Made by a program: the position numbers and the translations under genes
The notes under the pieces: model-generated
What the model was told of the DNA's origin: nothing
What the model saw: only the letters and a program-made list of their open reading frames with translations
The model's database searches: none
Assembly (NCBI GenBank): GCA_963847705.1
Contig: CAWKBC010000021.1
Coordinates: 96,001-160,000 of the forward strand
Length of the DNA: 64,000 nucleotides
Direction of reading: 5' to 3'
From: an uncultured Pseudomonadota bacterium
Lineage (GTDB): Bacteria > Myxococcota_A > Polyangia > Fen-1088
Shown: positions 49,597-59,572 of the stretch, piece by piece
Numbering within the stretch: position 1 is the stretch's first letter
Layout: each line of letters begins with the position of its first letter

Positions 49597-51293
49597 GAGA
49601 CGGGTCCGCCCCTTGCGAGGTGTTGGTAGGGAGGCACTGTTTGGAGCCGGACGTCGTCGACCGCTCCGCCCATCGTGAAGTGATAGAGGACCTGGAAGGC
49701 ATCGCCCGTGAACCCGAACGTTCGGTGGCTGAGGTCGTCGAAGAAGCAGCCGATGCCGGTGGCGCGGATGCCCGACGCCTCCGCCTCGAGGTAGAGCTGC
49801 TGTCCCACCAGGCCGGCCTCCCAGTGGAGCCGCCGGTAGAACCAGGAACCGAACGACTCAATCGGGGCGCGGTACTCCGCCAGCATCGCGGCGGCGAAGA
49901 CGCCGTCGGCCGCGATGGCCTGACCACAGCTCGTCTGCGCGGCCACGCGCCGTGCATCGCCGGCTTCGAGCAGGAAGAGCGGCAGCGACGGCGGCCGTCC
50001 TTCGACCGGCGTCCAGGCAAAGCCGGGCGCCATCGCTCCGCGCAGGATCTCCCGGCGGCCGGGCGCGCGGAGCAGGATGTAAAGGCCCGGCGGGAGTCCC
50101 TCGATCCGATGCACGAACAGCAGCAGATCGACCCGCGGGCGCCAGGGCAGCGTCGCGAACGGGATTTGACCCTGCCCAGGGAGGCTCTTGAGCAGGATCT
50201 GAAAGAACGCCTCGCGGGCGAGACCGGTGCGGGCGTCGAAGGCGACCGCGCTCCGCCGCCGGTGCAGGAGTGGGCGCAAGGGCAGCGGCGAATCGCCTTC
50301 GAGGAGCGCAGGGTTGTCCACCGTGCTGTGCTCCGAGCTCTGCTCCGAGCTCTTTTGCCAAAAGCTGGCCGCCGGCGGTTCGCGCTTTCGCGTCGCCTGG
50401 GAGACCTCCTCGATCACGGGCCAATCCTGACCGTGCGCCGGGCTGAGGCGGTTGGGGGCCCCATTCCAATCGGTCGGCCAGTGGGCGCCCGGCGGCAACG
50501 CGAGCGTGAACGAGCGCTGCTCGTCGACAGCCCAGGGCGCGCCCTGGGGGAAGAGCGCCAGCAGGCAATCGGCGTCCTCGGCCTCCGGTCCGCTCTGACC
50601 GTCCGTTCCCAGCAAGCGGGCCAGATCGCCGTCGGTGACGGCTTCGCAGAGGCGCGCCTCCCAGCCCAGCCCCGCGGCCGCGACGGTGACCGCGCCGATG
50701 GCGTGGCCGACGTCGTGGTGGCAGTAGCGAAAGGCCCGCTCGCCGTACTTCCAGGCCTCGCGCCAGTGGATCGAGGTCAGCCCCACCAGCACGCTTCCGG
50801 GCGGCAGCTGCCTGGCCAGCGCGGTCCAGGTCTCGTCTGGCAGCTCCGCTCGTCGCTCGAGCGCGTGCTCTCGCGGGGCGTAATGGAAGACGGCCGCTCT
50901 GTCATGCAGTCCTGCCGCGGGGCCCGCCACCAGGTAACCCTCGGTCGGATGGAGATTCCCGCTCGAGGGGTTGACCCGCAGCGGCCAGCGCTCTCCCCCC
51001 GCCTGTTTCCAGGCCGAGAGCGCCAGCGAATCGTGAAAAAGCTGGGAGAGCGAGCGCCGACCGAGCGGTTCGGGCGGGAGGCGTCCCGGGAAAAAAGCCG
51101 GCTCGTACCGGGGCTGCGTCCCCAAGGGCACGAGCTCCAGGTCGAGCAGCGGCGCCCCCACGAATCGCCGAAATGGATCGGGCTGCGTCGCCCAGTCCAT
51201 GTGGCCGAGCGCGCGGGCGTAGCGGCCGGGAGCGTGCTTGGTCCGCTCGTGATAGCCGAGCGTGGTGGCCAGGGACTCGGCAGCGCCACCCAT
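49593..51293 (-). CDS. SagB/ThcOx-family double-domain nitroreductase
   Basis: YHERTKH, RVNPSSGNLHPTE, WKYGERAFRY, RRRSAVAFD, TGIGCFFDD. Confidence 0.9.
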   Translation of the reverse strand: MGGAAESLATTLGYHERTKHAPGRYARALGHMDWATQPDPFRRFVGAPLLDLELVPLGTQPRYEPAFFPGRLPPEPLGRRSLSQLFHDSLALSAWKQAGGERWPLRVNPSSGNLHPTEGYLVAGPAAGLHDRAAVFHYAPREHALERRAELPDETWTALARQLPPGSVLVGLTSIHWREAWKYGERAFRYCHHDVGHAIGAVTVAAAGLGWEARLCEAVTDGDLARLLGTDGQSGPEAEDADCLLALFPQGAPWAVDEQRSFTLALPPGAHWPTDWNGAPNRLSPAHGQDWPVIEEVSQATRKREPPAASFWQKSSEQSSEHSTVDNPALLEGDSPLPLRPLLHRRRSAVAFDARTGLAREAFFQILLKSLPGQGQIPFATLPWRPRVDLLLFVHRIEGLPPGLYILLRAPGRREILRGAMAPGFAWTPVEGRPPSLPLFLLEAGDARRVAAQTSCGQAIAADGVFAAAMLAEYRAPIESFGSWFYRRLHWEAGLVGQQLYLEAEASGIRATGIGCFFDDLSHRTFGFTGDAFQVLYHFTMGGAVDDVRLQTVPPYQHLARGGPVS

Positions 51294-51301
51294 GGCGCCG
51301 C

Positions 51302-51643
51302 TCAGTAACGCGGCACGGAGCTGTCGACCAGCAGCGACCAGGCGTCGATGCCCCCGACGACGTTGCAGACGTTCGTGAATCCCTTGGCCACGAAATGCTG
51401 GCCCGCGGACTGGCTGCGGATCCCGTGGTGGCAGTGGAAGACCAGCGGCGTGTCGCGCGGGAGTTTCTCGATGTGCTCCACGCCCTGCGGGTCGAGATGC
51501 CGGGCGCCTTCAATCCTGGCGATGGTCCGTTCGCCGTCGGTGCGCACGTCCCAGAGCTCCAGCGCTTCGCCGGCGTCGAGCATCGACCTGAGCTCCTGGA
51601 CGGTGATCTGTCGGATGCGCGCAGGGACGGTCGTCGTCGTCAT
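51302..51643 (-). CDS. Rhodanese-like protein
   Basis: DVRT, CHHGIRS, GGIDAWS..D.SVPRY. Confidence 0.9.
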   Translation of the reverse strand: MTTTTVPARIRQITVQELRSMLDAGEALELWDVRTDGERTIARIEGARHLDPQGVEHIEKLPRDTPLVFHCHHGIRSQSAGQHFVAKGFTNVCNVVGGIDAWSLLVDSSVPRY

Positions 51644-51701
51644 TGGCGCGGAACCTTAACCCGGCTTCGGGTTGACGGCGACCGGTCAATCTACCGGCCA
51701 C

Positions 51702-51860
51702 ATGAGCAAGAAACTGATCGCGGTCGTCGGGGCAACCGGCGCACAGGGTGGCGGCCTGGCCAAGGCGGCTCTCGGCGATCCCGGCGGCGAATTCGCGTCC
51801 GGGCGGTGACGCGCAAGCCGACGGGCGACGCGGCGCGGGCGCTGGCGGCGGCCGGCGCGC
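51702..51860 (+). pseudogene. N-terminal fragment of an NmrA-family protein, frameshifted
   Basis: MSKKLIAVVGATGAQGGGLA..GGEF, one-base deletion, then VRAVTRKPTGDAARALAAAGA; truncated at the MBOAT end. Confidence 0.75.
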
Positions 51861-51869
51861 CGTGGCGTT

Positions 51870-53237
51870 TCAGCGCAGCGCGAGACAGCGGGCGATCAGT
51901 CCGAAGCGGGCCGCGAAGGGAAGCGCCTGGGCCAGGATGATCACGTGCGCCAGGGCGCTGGCCCCCTGGGTGGCGACGGTGCCGGCGGCGCGCGACCACG
52001 ACCACTTCAAGGTGTGGTCGGCGCTCTCCCGGCGAGCGGCGGGTGCGTCGCGCGTGTCACGGAGGTCCCGGTAAAACAGGCAGCCGCAGACCAACAGACC
52101 CTGGACCAGGAAGTAGACGGTCTGGTCGCGCCAGCCGCCGAGGCCGATCGTCCAGTACTTGGAGCCGAACCAGCCGGTGTGGAGGAGCAGGGCGCTGGCG
52201 AGAAAGGTCAGAAGGACATTGCGGATGCGGTGCCGCTGCTTGCCGCCGAGCGGGAAGTAGACCAGCGTCAGGAGCAGCTTGCGGTTGTAGATCCCCCAGC
52301 GCCGCCAGAGCTCCACCGGGTTCCAGGCGAGGAGCGCATAGCGGAACGGAGAGGCCATCGGCCAACCGTAAAGGCGCGCCAGCAAGATCGCGACGTCCGA
52401 CGTTCCCGAGAGGGTGACGACCAGATCGAGGTAGTTGATCGACACGATCCCCCACAGCTCGGCGCGGGAGAGGGCCGCCATCCGCACCGGGTCGAGGGCC
52501 GCGTAGCTGGCCCGGCCGAGAAAACGCCCGATCGCGGTGTGAACGGCGGCCTTGAGGGCGACCAGCAGCAGCCCTGCGCCGATGCCGCGGACGTCGAGGC
52601 GCCGCGGGCGAAAGACGTCGCCCGGCGAGAAGACCAACGGGTTGAGCGCGTGGCCCGGGAACAGATACATGACCCCCCAGGCGAGGGGAGAGTCCGTCGT
52701 CGCCGCGGGCGGCAGCCGGCCGTCGCGACGGGTGCGCCACCAGCAGGCGGTCACGAACAGCGCCAGCACCAGGCTGGGCTCGTTGAGCCAGGCGTAGACG
52801 GCGGGGTGGTGGTAGTGGCTGGCGAAGAGATGCTTGGGCAGCCAGATCGCCAGCAGGCCGAGCAGGCCGGCCAGCGCCCAGGTTCCGTTGCGGGCGAGAA
52901 ACAGCAACCCCACCAGCGCCGCATGGTAGAGGGCGTAAGGCCGGTTCGCCGCCGCGAGCGCCAGCAGACCGGTCAGCGCGGTGACCTCGAAGGCGCGCGC
53001 CGGCATGAGGTGAACCGCCAGCGCCCCCAGCGCCAGCAGCGCCAGCGTCGGCGCCGCCGCACGGATCCCCAGCAGCGGGCCCAGCGTCGCCACCGCGCCG
53101 ATCGCGGCGGCCACCACCCCGAGCAACGCGAGCGAGCGAAATGCCGCGAGGCCGGTGACCGCGTTCCACCAGGGGACCGGGGCGGCTTCCGCCGTGGCCG
53201 TCGCTCCGCCACCTTCGACCTCGCGCCAGATCTTCAT
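51870..53237 (-). CDS. MBOAT-family membrane O-acyltransferase
   Basis: Multi-TM; SGTSDVA, NPVELWRRWGI, FLASALLLH. Confidence 0.8.
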   Translation of the reverse strand: MKIWREVEGGGATATAEAAPVPWWNAVTGLAAFRSLALLGVVAAAIGAVATLGPLLGIRAAAPTLALLALGALAVHLMPARAFEVTALTGLLALAAANRPYALYHAALVGLLFLARNGTWALAGLLGLLAIWLPKHLFASHYHHPAVYAWLNEPSLVLALFVTACWWRTRRDGRLPPAATTDSPLAWGVMYLFPGHALNPLVFSPGDVFRPRRLDVRGIGAGLLLVALKAAVHTAIGRFLGRASYAALDPVRMAALSRAELWGIVSINYLDLVVTLSGTSDVAILLARLYGWPMASPFRYALLAWNPVELWRRWGIYNRKLLLTLVYFPLGGKQRHRIRNVLLTFLASALLLHTGWFGSKYWTIGLGGWRDQTVYFLVQGLLVCGCLFYRDLRDTRDAPAARRESADHTLKWSWSRAAGTVATQGASALAHVIILAQALPFAARFGLIARCLALR

Positions 53238-53456
53238 CGCGGCAGGACCTGGCGGGCCGTTCGTCCGAGCTGTGCCCAGCGCCCCAACATCTGCCGGCGA
53301 CCATACGAACGTTGTTCGACCGAACGCCTTCGATCCGGTGAGGCGCAGGTTTCAATCGTGCAAGGAGATGCGCACGGCTCGAGTTGTCGGGCCGCGGTCG
53401 TCGATCAGGGCACGCGCGACGACACCATTCGTCGCATTTGACACGCCATCGTCACG

Positions 53457-54695
53457 TCATCCGCCTCGTCGGATCTCGGGAGGGTGAAAGCGGATCTCGA
53501 AGGTGTGCTGGATGCGGTCGCGACAGATGACGGCCCCGGTCGACAGTTCGATGCTCTGGGGGACCGGCGTGCGGCGTTCCTGGTAGACGGCGTGGTAGCC
53601 GCGCTCGGCCAGGACGTCCAGCACCATGTCGACCGCGGTGGCGTCCTCGAAGCGCGCGCTGTCGGTCTTCACCACGCACCGGCCCGCCAGGACATGGCGC
53701 AGGATCACCGGGACGACGGAGTCCTCGATGAAGGCAGCGACCTCCTTGAAGAGCGGCGCCGAGGCGTGCTCGTAGGAGTCGAGGCGGCGCACCAGCTCCT
53801 GCCGGGCGTGCAGGGTCAGCTCGGAGGCGAGAGGGATGCCGTGGATGATGTCGAAGGTCGACTGGCCGAGCTCGAGCGAGCTTTGGTACTGGAACTCGGC
53901 GTTGATGCTCCTCTCAACGTCGGCCAGCGGCGCGTCGGCGTTGACGAAGTGATAGTGAAAGTTCTTTCGGAGGCTGGTCAGGGCGTCGTAGGTCAGCTCC
54001 TTGAACGTCCGGTAGCGATTCCGGGCCAGCGTCTCGTCGACGTCGGTGGGGCGCAGCTCCATGAGGGTCCCCTCGCCGGTCCGCTGCACCTTCTCGTTGT
54101 GGGCGCGAATCTCGCGGCCGCGGCTCAGTTGCCGCTCCACCGAAGTCTGCTCGCCCACGAACAGCACGGTGATCCGGAAGATGGGGCGCCGAAACCGCTT
54201 GCCGGTGGGCGTCCCCCAGTAGAGGGCCCGCAGCTGCAGGATCTGGTCGTGCAGCAGCTTCACCGCCTCGGCCTGAACCTTCGTACGTGGAAACCCGTCG
54301 ACGACGACGCCCGTCTGGTAGGCCGGCTCCAGCAGCTTGCGCAAGAGCGCCTCGATCACCTCGCGATCGCCGACGAACTGTCCGCGATCCTTCAGCGCGC
54401 GCATCTCGGGCGTGTCGAGCAGATCACTCACCACGATCGGCGCGGCGGTCAGACCGCGCTCGCGCAGGATGAAGGGCGTGTTGGTCCCCTTCCCCGATCC
54501 AGGCGCGCCGCCCAGCCACATGATCTCCTTGGGGAAGACCATGTTCTCGAGGCCGCGCTCTTGCACCAGGCGGTTCCAGACCTGCCCGAAGATCAAAGGC
54601 GCGTCTTTGATCTCCAGCTCGGGAGAGGCGACGCGGCCGGCGCCGGTGTCGGTGGGAGCGCCTGCGGGCGGAGATTCTGGATCGGACGTCGACAT
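53457..54695 (-). CDS. Long adenylate/NMP kinase-like protein
   Basis: WLGGAPGSGKGT, VVDGFPRTKVQ, plus a ~130-aa C-terminal extension. Confidence 0.85.
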   Translation of the reverse strand: MSTSDPESPPAGAPTDTGAGRVASPELEIKDAPLIFGQVWNRLVQERGLENMVFPKEIMWLGGAPGSGKGTNTPFILRERGLTAAPIVVSDLLDTPEMRALKDRGQFVGDREVIEALLRKLLEPAYQTGVVVDGFPRTKVQAEAVKLLHDQILQLRALYWGTPTGKRFRRPIFRITVLFVGEQTSVERQLSRGREIRAHNEKVQRTGEGTLMELRPTDVDETLARNRYRTFKELTYDALTSLRKNFHYHFVNADAPLADVERSINAEFQYQSSLELGQSTFDIIHGIPLASELTLHARQELVRRLDSYEHASAPLFKEVAAFIEDSVVPVILRHVLAGRCVVKTDSARFEDATAVDMVLDVLAERGYHAVYQERRTPVPQSIELSTGAVICRDRIQHTFEIRFHPPEIRRGG

Positions 54696-54829
54696 GGGGA
54701 GCACCAGACTAGTGAATCGGACGTCCGATGGGGCGGGAAAGCTCCGGACTTTGGCCCTCTTGGCGCCTCGGTCGACTTTCGCGCCGCCGAACCTCTAGCC
54801 CAGACGTTCGAAGATACATACCTTCCAGT

Positions 54830-55153
54830 ATGGCCAATTGGAAAATGGGACTTGCAGGGTTGGCTCTTTCGAGCCTCGGGATGTCGGCGCTGGTCGGTTC
54901 GACGGCACAAGCTGCGGTGGTCGTGATTCACGGCGGGCGCGACGAGCCGCCGCCCGTGCGCGAAGAGCGGGTGGTGGAGCGTCCGGGCTACGTCTACGAC
55001 CGTGGCCACTACGGCTGGCGGCACCACCGCTACGTCTGGACGCGCGGTCGTTACGTGCACCAGCGCCGCGGCTACGAGTGGGCCCCCGGCCGCTGGGAGC
55101 GGCACGAGGACCACTACGACTGGCACGACGGCGAGTGGCACCCGCACCGCTAA
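54830..55153 (+). CDS. Exported YXWGXW-repeat protein
   Basis: Signal peptide; PPPVREE, RPGYVYDRGHYGW, YVWTRGRY, YEWAPGRW. Confidence 0.85.
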   Translation: MANWKMGLAGLALSSLGMSALVGSTAQAAVVVIHGGRDEPPPVREERVVERPGYVYDRGHYGWRHHRYVWTRGRYVHQRRGYEWAPGRWERHEDHYDWHDGEWHPHR

Positions 55154-55331
55154 CCGCAGACCTGCAGCCACACCTCCGGTGCGACGCACCATTGCCAGTG
55201 CGATCGCACCGGCGGCGAGGCCCGCCTGGGTTTGCGCTCCGTAGGTCCTAGGCAAATCACGCGGTTCCTCGGCAGGCGGCGCGAGCTTCTGGCCAGCGCG
55301 CGCTTATGCTGGGAGGTGTGAGGAAGCCTTG

Positions 55332-55955
55332 ATGCCGGACAGACCGCGCCACTTCTCGATGATCCGTGAGTTTCAGCTGGCCGATCTGGTCACGCTGCTG
55401 AACGGGTTCCTGGGCGCCGGCGCGCTGCTCGCCTTCATGCGCTTCGCCGTCGATCGAGAGATCGCCTTCTTCTGGCTGGGGACGGCGCTCTTGCCGGTCG
55501 CGCTGCTCATGGACACGCTCGACGGACGGATCGCGCGCGGGCAGGGGATGGCCTCGCCGCTCGGGCAGGAGCTCGACTCCCTGGCCGACGTCGTCTCCTT
55601 CGGCGTGGCCCCGGCGGCCATGGCGTTCGCGGCGGGGATGCGCGGAGGGTGGGACGCGCTCTGCCTCATCTACTTCGTCGGCTGCGGCATCAGCCGGCTG
55701 GCCCGCTACAACGTCACGGCCGCCCAGCTGGCAGACCCCACCGGAAAGGTGACCCACTTCGAGGGTCTCCCCATCCCGACCAGCCTGCTCCTGGTGATGA
55801 CCCTGGCCATCCTCGCCGGCCTCGGCCACTGGCAGGACCACCTCCCCCTGGGGGTGGTGACCCTGGCCGGATTCCGCTTCCACCCGTGGAGTCTGGTCTA
55901 CGTGTTGTGGGGAAGCGGGATGATCAGCAAGACGCTTCGGATCCCGAAGCCCTGA
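55332..55955 (+). CDS. pssA: CDP-diacylglycerol--serine O-phosphatidyltransferase
   Basis: DTLDGRIAR..GQELDSLADVVSFGVAP, RLARYN, FEGLPIP. Confidence 0.85.
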   Translation: MPDRPRHFSMIREFQLADLVTLLNGFLGAGALLAFMRFAVDREIAFFWLGTALLPVALLMDTLDGRIARGQGMASPLGQELDSLADVVSFGVAPAAMAFAAGMRGGWDALCLIYFVGCGISRLARYNVTAAQLADPTGKVTHFEGLPIPTSLLLVMTLAILAGLGHWQDHLPLGVVTLAGFRFHPWSLVYVLWGSGMISKTLRIPKP

Positions 55956-55986
55956 GCGGGACCGGCGCCGAGCTGCGCCGGCGACA

Positions 55987-57204
55987 TCACTTGGCCACGA
56001 CGGTGAGGGTCGTGAAGTCGATGGTCCCGCTGTTGTTCTGCCCCTCGACCAGGAACCGGGTCTCTTCGAGGTTCCCCAGCTGCAGGCCCAGGCTGGCCCA
56101 CTCGGCGAAGTGCTTGGAGATGGAGATGTGTCCGCAGCTGCGTGGCGTCTGGTTGACGCTCCAGTACTGCACGAAGGTCGCGTTGGTGCCGGTGATGTTG
56201 GGTTGGTTCGTCTGCGTGTTCGTCATGACGTCGTAGGTCCCCTCGCCGTCGATGGTGAAGGTCCCCACCTTCGTGAAGTTGGGCTTCTTCCCGAGCCAGT
56301 TCTCCGCGATGTAGTACTCGTGCAGCGGGTTGACCGACCACCCGTAGATGCCGACGTTTCCAAATCCGCCGCTCGTGATGCCCGTCGTCGTGTACGCGAA
56401 GTCCGACGAAAAGGTCCCCAGCTGGGAGTACGTCTTGGTCTTGTCAAACGCCAGACCGACGCGGGCGATCCAGTCACCGACATTGGTCCAGCTCGCCTTG
56501 AAAGCCGCCCCGACGCCGTAGACGGTGATGCACCCGGACCCTTGTCCGTCTGACCAGAGATCATAGGTGTAGCCGCCGCCCGCGCTTCCGTCGGACGTCG
56601 AGCAGTATTGCTTGCCGCCGGTCAACGGGGTGACCGTCGGGCAGGGGTTCGCGGTGCCGCCCGCTCCGCCGCTGGCGCCGCCGGCGCCCGCGGAGCCACC
56701 TGTCCCGGTGTGGCCGCCGCCCGCGCCCGCGAAGCCGCCGGTGCCAGTGCCACCGCCGCTGCCGCTGGAGGCGCCGGTGCCAGTGGAGCCGCCGGCGCCG
56801 GTGTGGGCGCCACCCGCGCCCGCGGAACCTCCCGTTCCGGTGATCCCACCGGTGCTGCTGGCGCCGCCGGTTCCCGTGAAGCCGCCGCTGCCGACCACAC
56901 CGCCGGAGCCAATGACACCGCCGGAGCCGGTGACGCCGCCCGAGCCGGTGACGCCGCCCGAGCTCGTGACGCCGCCCGAGCTCGTGACGCCGCCCGAGCT
57001 CGTGACGCCGCCCGAGCTCGTGACGCCGCCCGAGCTCGTGACGCCGCCGGTTCCGTTCCCGCCGGTCGACCCGCCAGGTGATCCGCCAGTGGAGGTGTCG
57101 CCACCGCTCCCCGAGCTGGCGCAGCCCGCGAGCGTCGCCGCGGCCAGACAACCAGCGATGGCAACGGGCGACCACCAGGGACCACGGCGCGGGCGGATCA
57201 GCAT
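55987..57204 (-). CDS. GH11 xylanase lipoprotein with long Gly-rich linker
   Basis: Lipobox LAGC; YGWSVNPLHEYYIAENW, TFVQYWSV, HFAEW, LVEGQNNSG. Confidence 0.9.
   Translation of the reverse strand: MLIRPRRGPWWSPVAIAGCLAAATLAGCASSGSGGDTSTGGSPGGSTGGNGTGGVTSSGGVTSSGGVTSSGGVTSSGGVTSSGGVTGSGGVTGSGGVIGSGGVVGSGGFTGTGGASSTGGITGTGGSAGAGGAHTGAGGSTGTGASSGSGGGTGTGGFAGAGGGHTGTGGSAGAGGASGGAGGTANPCPTVTPLTGGKQYCSTSDGSAGGGYTYDLWSDGQGSGCITVYGVGAAFKASWTNVGDWIARVGLAFDKTKTYSQLGTFSSDFAYTTTGITSGGFGNVGIYGWSVNPLHEYYIAENWLGKKPNFTKVGTFTIDGEGTYDVMTNTQTNQPNITGTNATFVQYWSVNQTPRSCGHISISKHFAEWASLGLQLGNLEETRFLVEGQNNSGTIDFTTLTVVAK
56930..57048. repeat. 18-bp coding tandem repeat (GGVTSS units)
   Basis: GTGACGCCGCCCGAGCTC x5 perfect at 56948-57037, plus variant flanking units. 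Confidence 0.9.
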
Positions 57205-57357
57205 GATCTGAGCATTCCCGGGTCTGTCCGCCCGGATCAACTTCGCGTCAAGCGACTGTCGACGCCCGGCGCTTTTTTCACCCTCGGGGCAAACGCGAAC
57301 CTGGATTTCCGGTCTTCGACCGCGAGATCGTCGACCTGGCCGTCGCCGACCGGCAGG

Positions 57358-58800
57358 TCATGGGTGCAGCAGGGGCGATTCACCCAGCATCGGGAGGCTC
57401 GCGGCGGCCATCGCCTGGCCGTGGCGCTTCTCCTTCTCGCCCGGCATGGTCAGCTGCACGCGGGACGCGAGCTCCGGGAAATCAACCTGGAGCACCTCGC
57501 GCGCGATCTCGAGGATGATCGCGCCGCCTGGTCCGCTGGTCCCGCGCCCGAGCGCAAGGACGTGGCGGAAGTCGTAGACGCTCGCCAGGTGGGCGACCGC
57601 GTAGCCGAGGTAGACGCCCATAGTCTGGTAGACGTCCGCGGCGCGCGGATCGCCGACCGCCATCAGCGACTGCAACACCTTGAGCTGCGCGGGGAGCGGC
57701 AGCGTCGGCGACACGTCGATGTGCGCGGCCGGCAGCAGGCGGCCCACGGCCTGCTGCGACAGGTACTGCACGCAGCAGCCGAGATCGCCGGACCACTCGT
57801 CGCGTGGGGCGCCGGGGCGGTAATCGATGGGAACGAACGCGATCTCGTTGAGCCAGGGGGTGACCCGGCCGTCCGCCGTGACGTAGCCGCCCGCCGTGCT
57901 GGTGCCGAGCGCGATCCCCAGGACGCCGCCGTCGTGCAGCGACATCGAGCCCATCAGCGCGGTCACGTCTCCGTCGTTGACCACGTCGAAGGGGACGCCG
58001 TTCCAGGCGCGCTGCAGCTCGCGGAACATGTTCTTCACGCGACGCTCGAAGAGCGCCGGCGCCACGCCCCGGAACAGCGACGAGAACTTGACCTGGCTGT
58101 CGACGTAGACGCCCGCGGCGCTGCCGCCGATGGCGTCGACGCGGGGGAGGTGCGCGGCGGCGCGGCGGAGCGAGTCCATGATCCCGCTCCAGTGGTAGTC
58201 GGGGTCGGGCTGGTGGTACGGGTCCCACTCCCTCTCCTCGCTCCAGACGACGCGGCCGTCGATCAGCGCCGCCACCTTGCGATCGCTGCCGCCCAGGTCG
58301 AACCCGATGCGGCACCCTTCGAGATGCCCGCCCAGATCGGCCGTGCTCGAGCGCTCCGGCGGAAGGGCCGAGGTGGCCACCACCTCGATCGCCCGATCGT
58401 TGACGCACTCGCCAACGATCTCGGAGTCGAAGCGCCCGGTCGCGCTGTCGCGAAAGTGCCGGCGCAGCCTGTCAACGAGCTCGGCCGGCGCGTCGAGGTG
58501 GATGCGGAAGCCGCCGCGTGCCCAGAGCGCGAGCTTGACCAGGCGCTCGAGCATTCGGAAGTTGTCGTCGTCGGCCCCTCGCTCGCCCGCGGGGAGGAGA
58601 TCCGCCGAGAACCGAGAGACCGCGCCGTCGCGCTGCTCGAGCGCGAAGCCCGTCCGGACCGGCCGCCCGGTGTCACGCGCGTGCTGCTCGAACGCCCGCC
58701 AGGCAGAGGCGGCCGGCCGGAAGCTCCGGTCGAGGACCGGCACCACAGCGGGAACGGGCAAGACGAAACGCGGCACCGGATCGTGGTTCCTCATGATCAA
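57358..58800 (-). CDS. ROK-family sugar kinase-like protein
   Basis: IGFDLGGSDRK, IGGSAAG, VVNDGDVTAL, GIALGTS. Confidence 0.85.
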   Translation of the reverse strand: MIMRNHDPVPRFVLPVPAVVPVLDRSFRPAASAWRAFEQHARDTGRPVRTGFALEQRDGAVSRFSADLLPAGERGADDDNFRMLERLVKLALWARGGFRIHLDAPAELVDRLRRHFRDSATGRFDSEIVGECVNDRAIEVVATSALPPERSSTADLGGHLEGCRIGFDLGGSDRKVAALIDGRVVWSEEREWDPYHQPDPDYHWSGIMDSLRRAAAHLPRVDAIGGSAAGVYVDSQVKFSSLFRGVAPALFERRVKNMFRELQRAWNGVPFDVVNDGDVTALMGSMSLHDGGVLGIALGTSTAGGYVTADGRVTPWLNEIAFVPIDYRPGAPRDEWSGDLGCCVQYLSQQAVGRLLPAAHIDVSPTLPLPAQLKVLQSLMAVGDPRAADVYQTMGVYLGYAVAHLASVYDFRHVLALGRGTSGPGGAIILEIAREVLQVDFPELASRVQLTMPGEKEKRHGQAMAAASLPMLGESPLLHP

Positions 58801-58929
58801 GAACCTGGGGTCGCAACGGGCGCCTTCAAGTTGTCCAGGACGCGGCGGGTTGCTCGCGGATTGCAGCGCGCAGCCCGAGCCCAGGCCGAGCTCGGCCAGG
58901 CGTTCGGTCTCGCCCCGGCCGTCAGGCGC

Positions 58930-59544
58930 TCAGAAGGCGACCCACTGGCAGGTCCCGGTGGTGCTGGAGCAGAAGTTGTCCAGGCAGGTGCTGGTGGCCG
59001 CCCCGCAGTCGCTCGCGCGGGTGCAGCCCCGTTGCGCACAGCGGCCATCGGCGCCGCACGCGAAGTTGGTCGGGCAGGAGGCGCTGACGGCCGGATCGCA
59101 ACCGACGTTCGCGCAGTGATGATCGGCGCCGCAGCTCTGCGCGGCGCCGCAGTCGGCGTCGGTCAGACAGCCGGGGACGCACTGCAGGGCGCAGCCGCAC
59201 CAGGCGGCCTGGCAGATCTGCGGGGCTCCGCCGTCGGTCGCACAATCGGCGTCGGTCGCGCAGGGAGCGGCGGCGGGGCCGCAGATCCCACAGGAGGTCT
59301 GGCCGGGCGGAAGGCAGAGCTCTGAAAACAGGCCGCCGCCGCAGTCCGCGTTTTCGCGGCAGGCGCTCCCGATGTCGCTCGGGCCGCCCGCGCTCCCGCT
59401 CAGCCCGCCCGCGCGCGCGCCCGCGCTGCCGCCCGTCCCCGTTCCCGAGCCCCGCCCGCCCGCGCCGTTCGTCCCCAGCGCCTCCGAGCCGCACCCCGCG
59501 CCGAGAACCATCGCCACCGCCAGAAGCCCCCAAGCTCGAACCAT
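58930..59544 (-). CDS. Cys-rich lipoprotein
   Basis: Lipobox GAGC, Gly linker, repeated C..DADC motifs. Confidence 0.75.
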   Translation of the reverse strand: MVRAWGLLAVAMVLGAGCGSEALGTNGAGGRGSGTGTGGSAGARAGGLSGSAGGPSDIGSACRENADCGGGLFSELCLPPGQTSCGICGPAAAPCATDADCATDGGAPQICQAAWCGCALQCVPGCLTDADCGAAQSCGADHHCANVGCDPAVSASCPTNFACGADGRCAQRGCTRASDCGAATSTCLDNFCSSTTGTCQWVAF

Positions 59545-59572
59545 GACCGGGATCGTATCAGCTCCGGGCGGT

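Noticed and set aside
49593-51643. RiPP (azole peptide) cluster
   Set aside because: No YcaO, precursor peptide or transporter next to the SagB-like gene.
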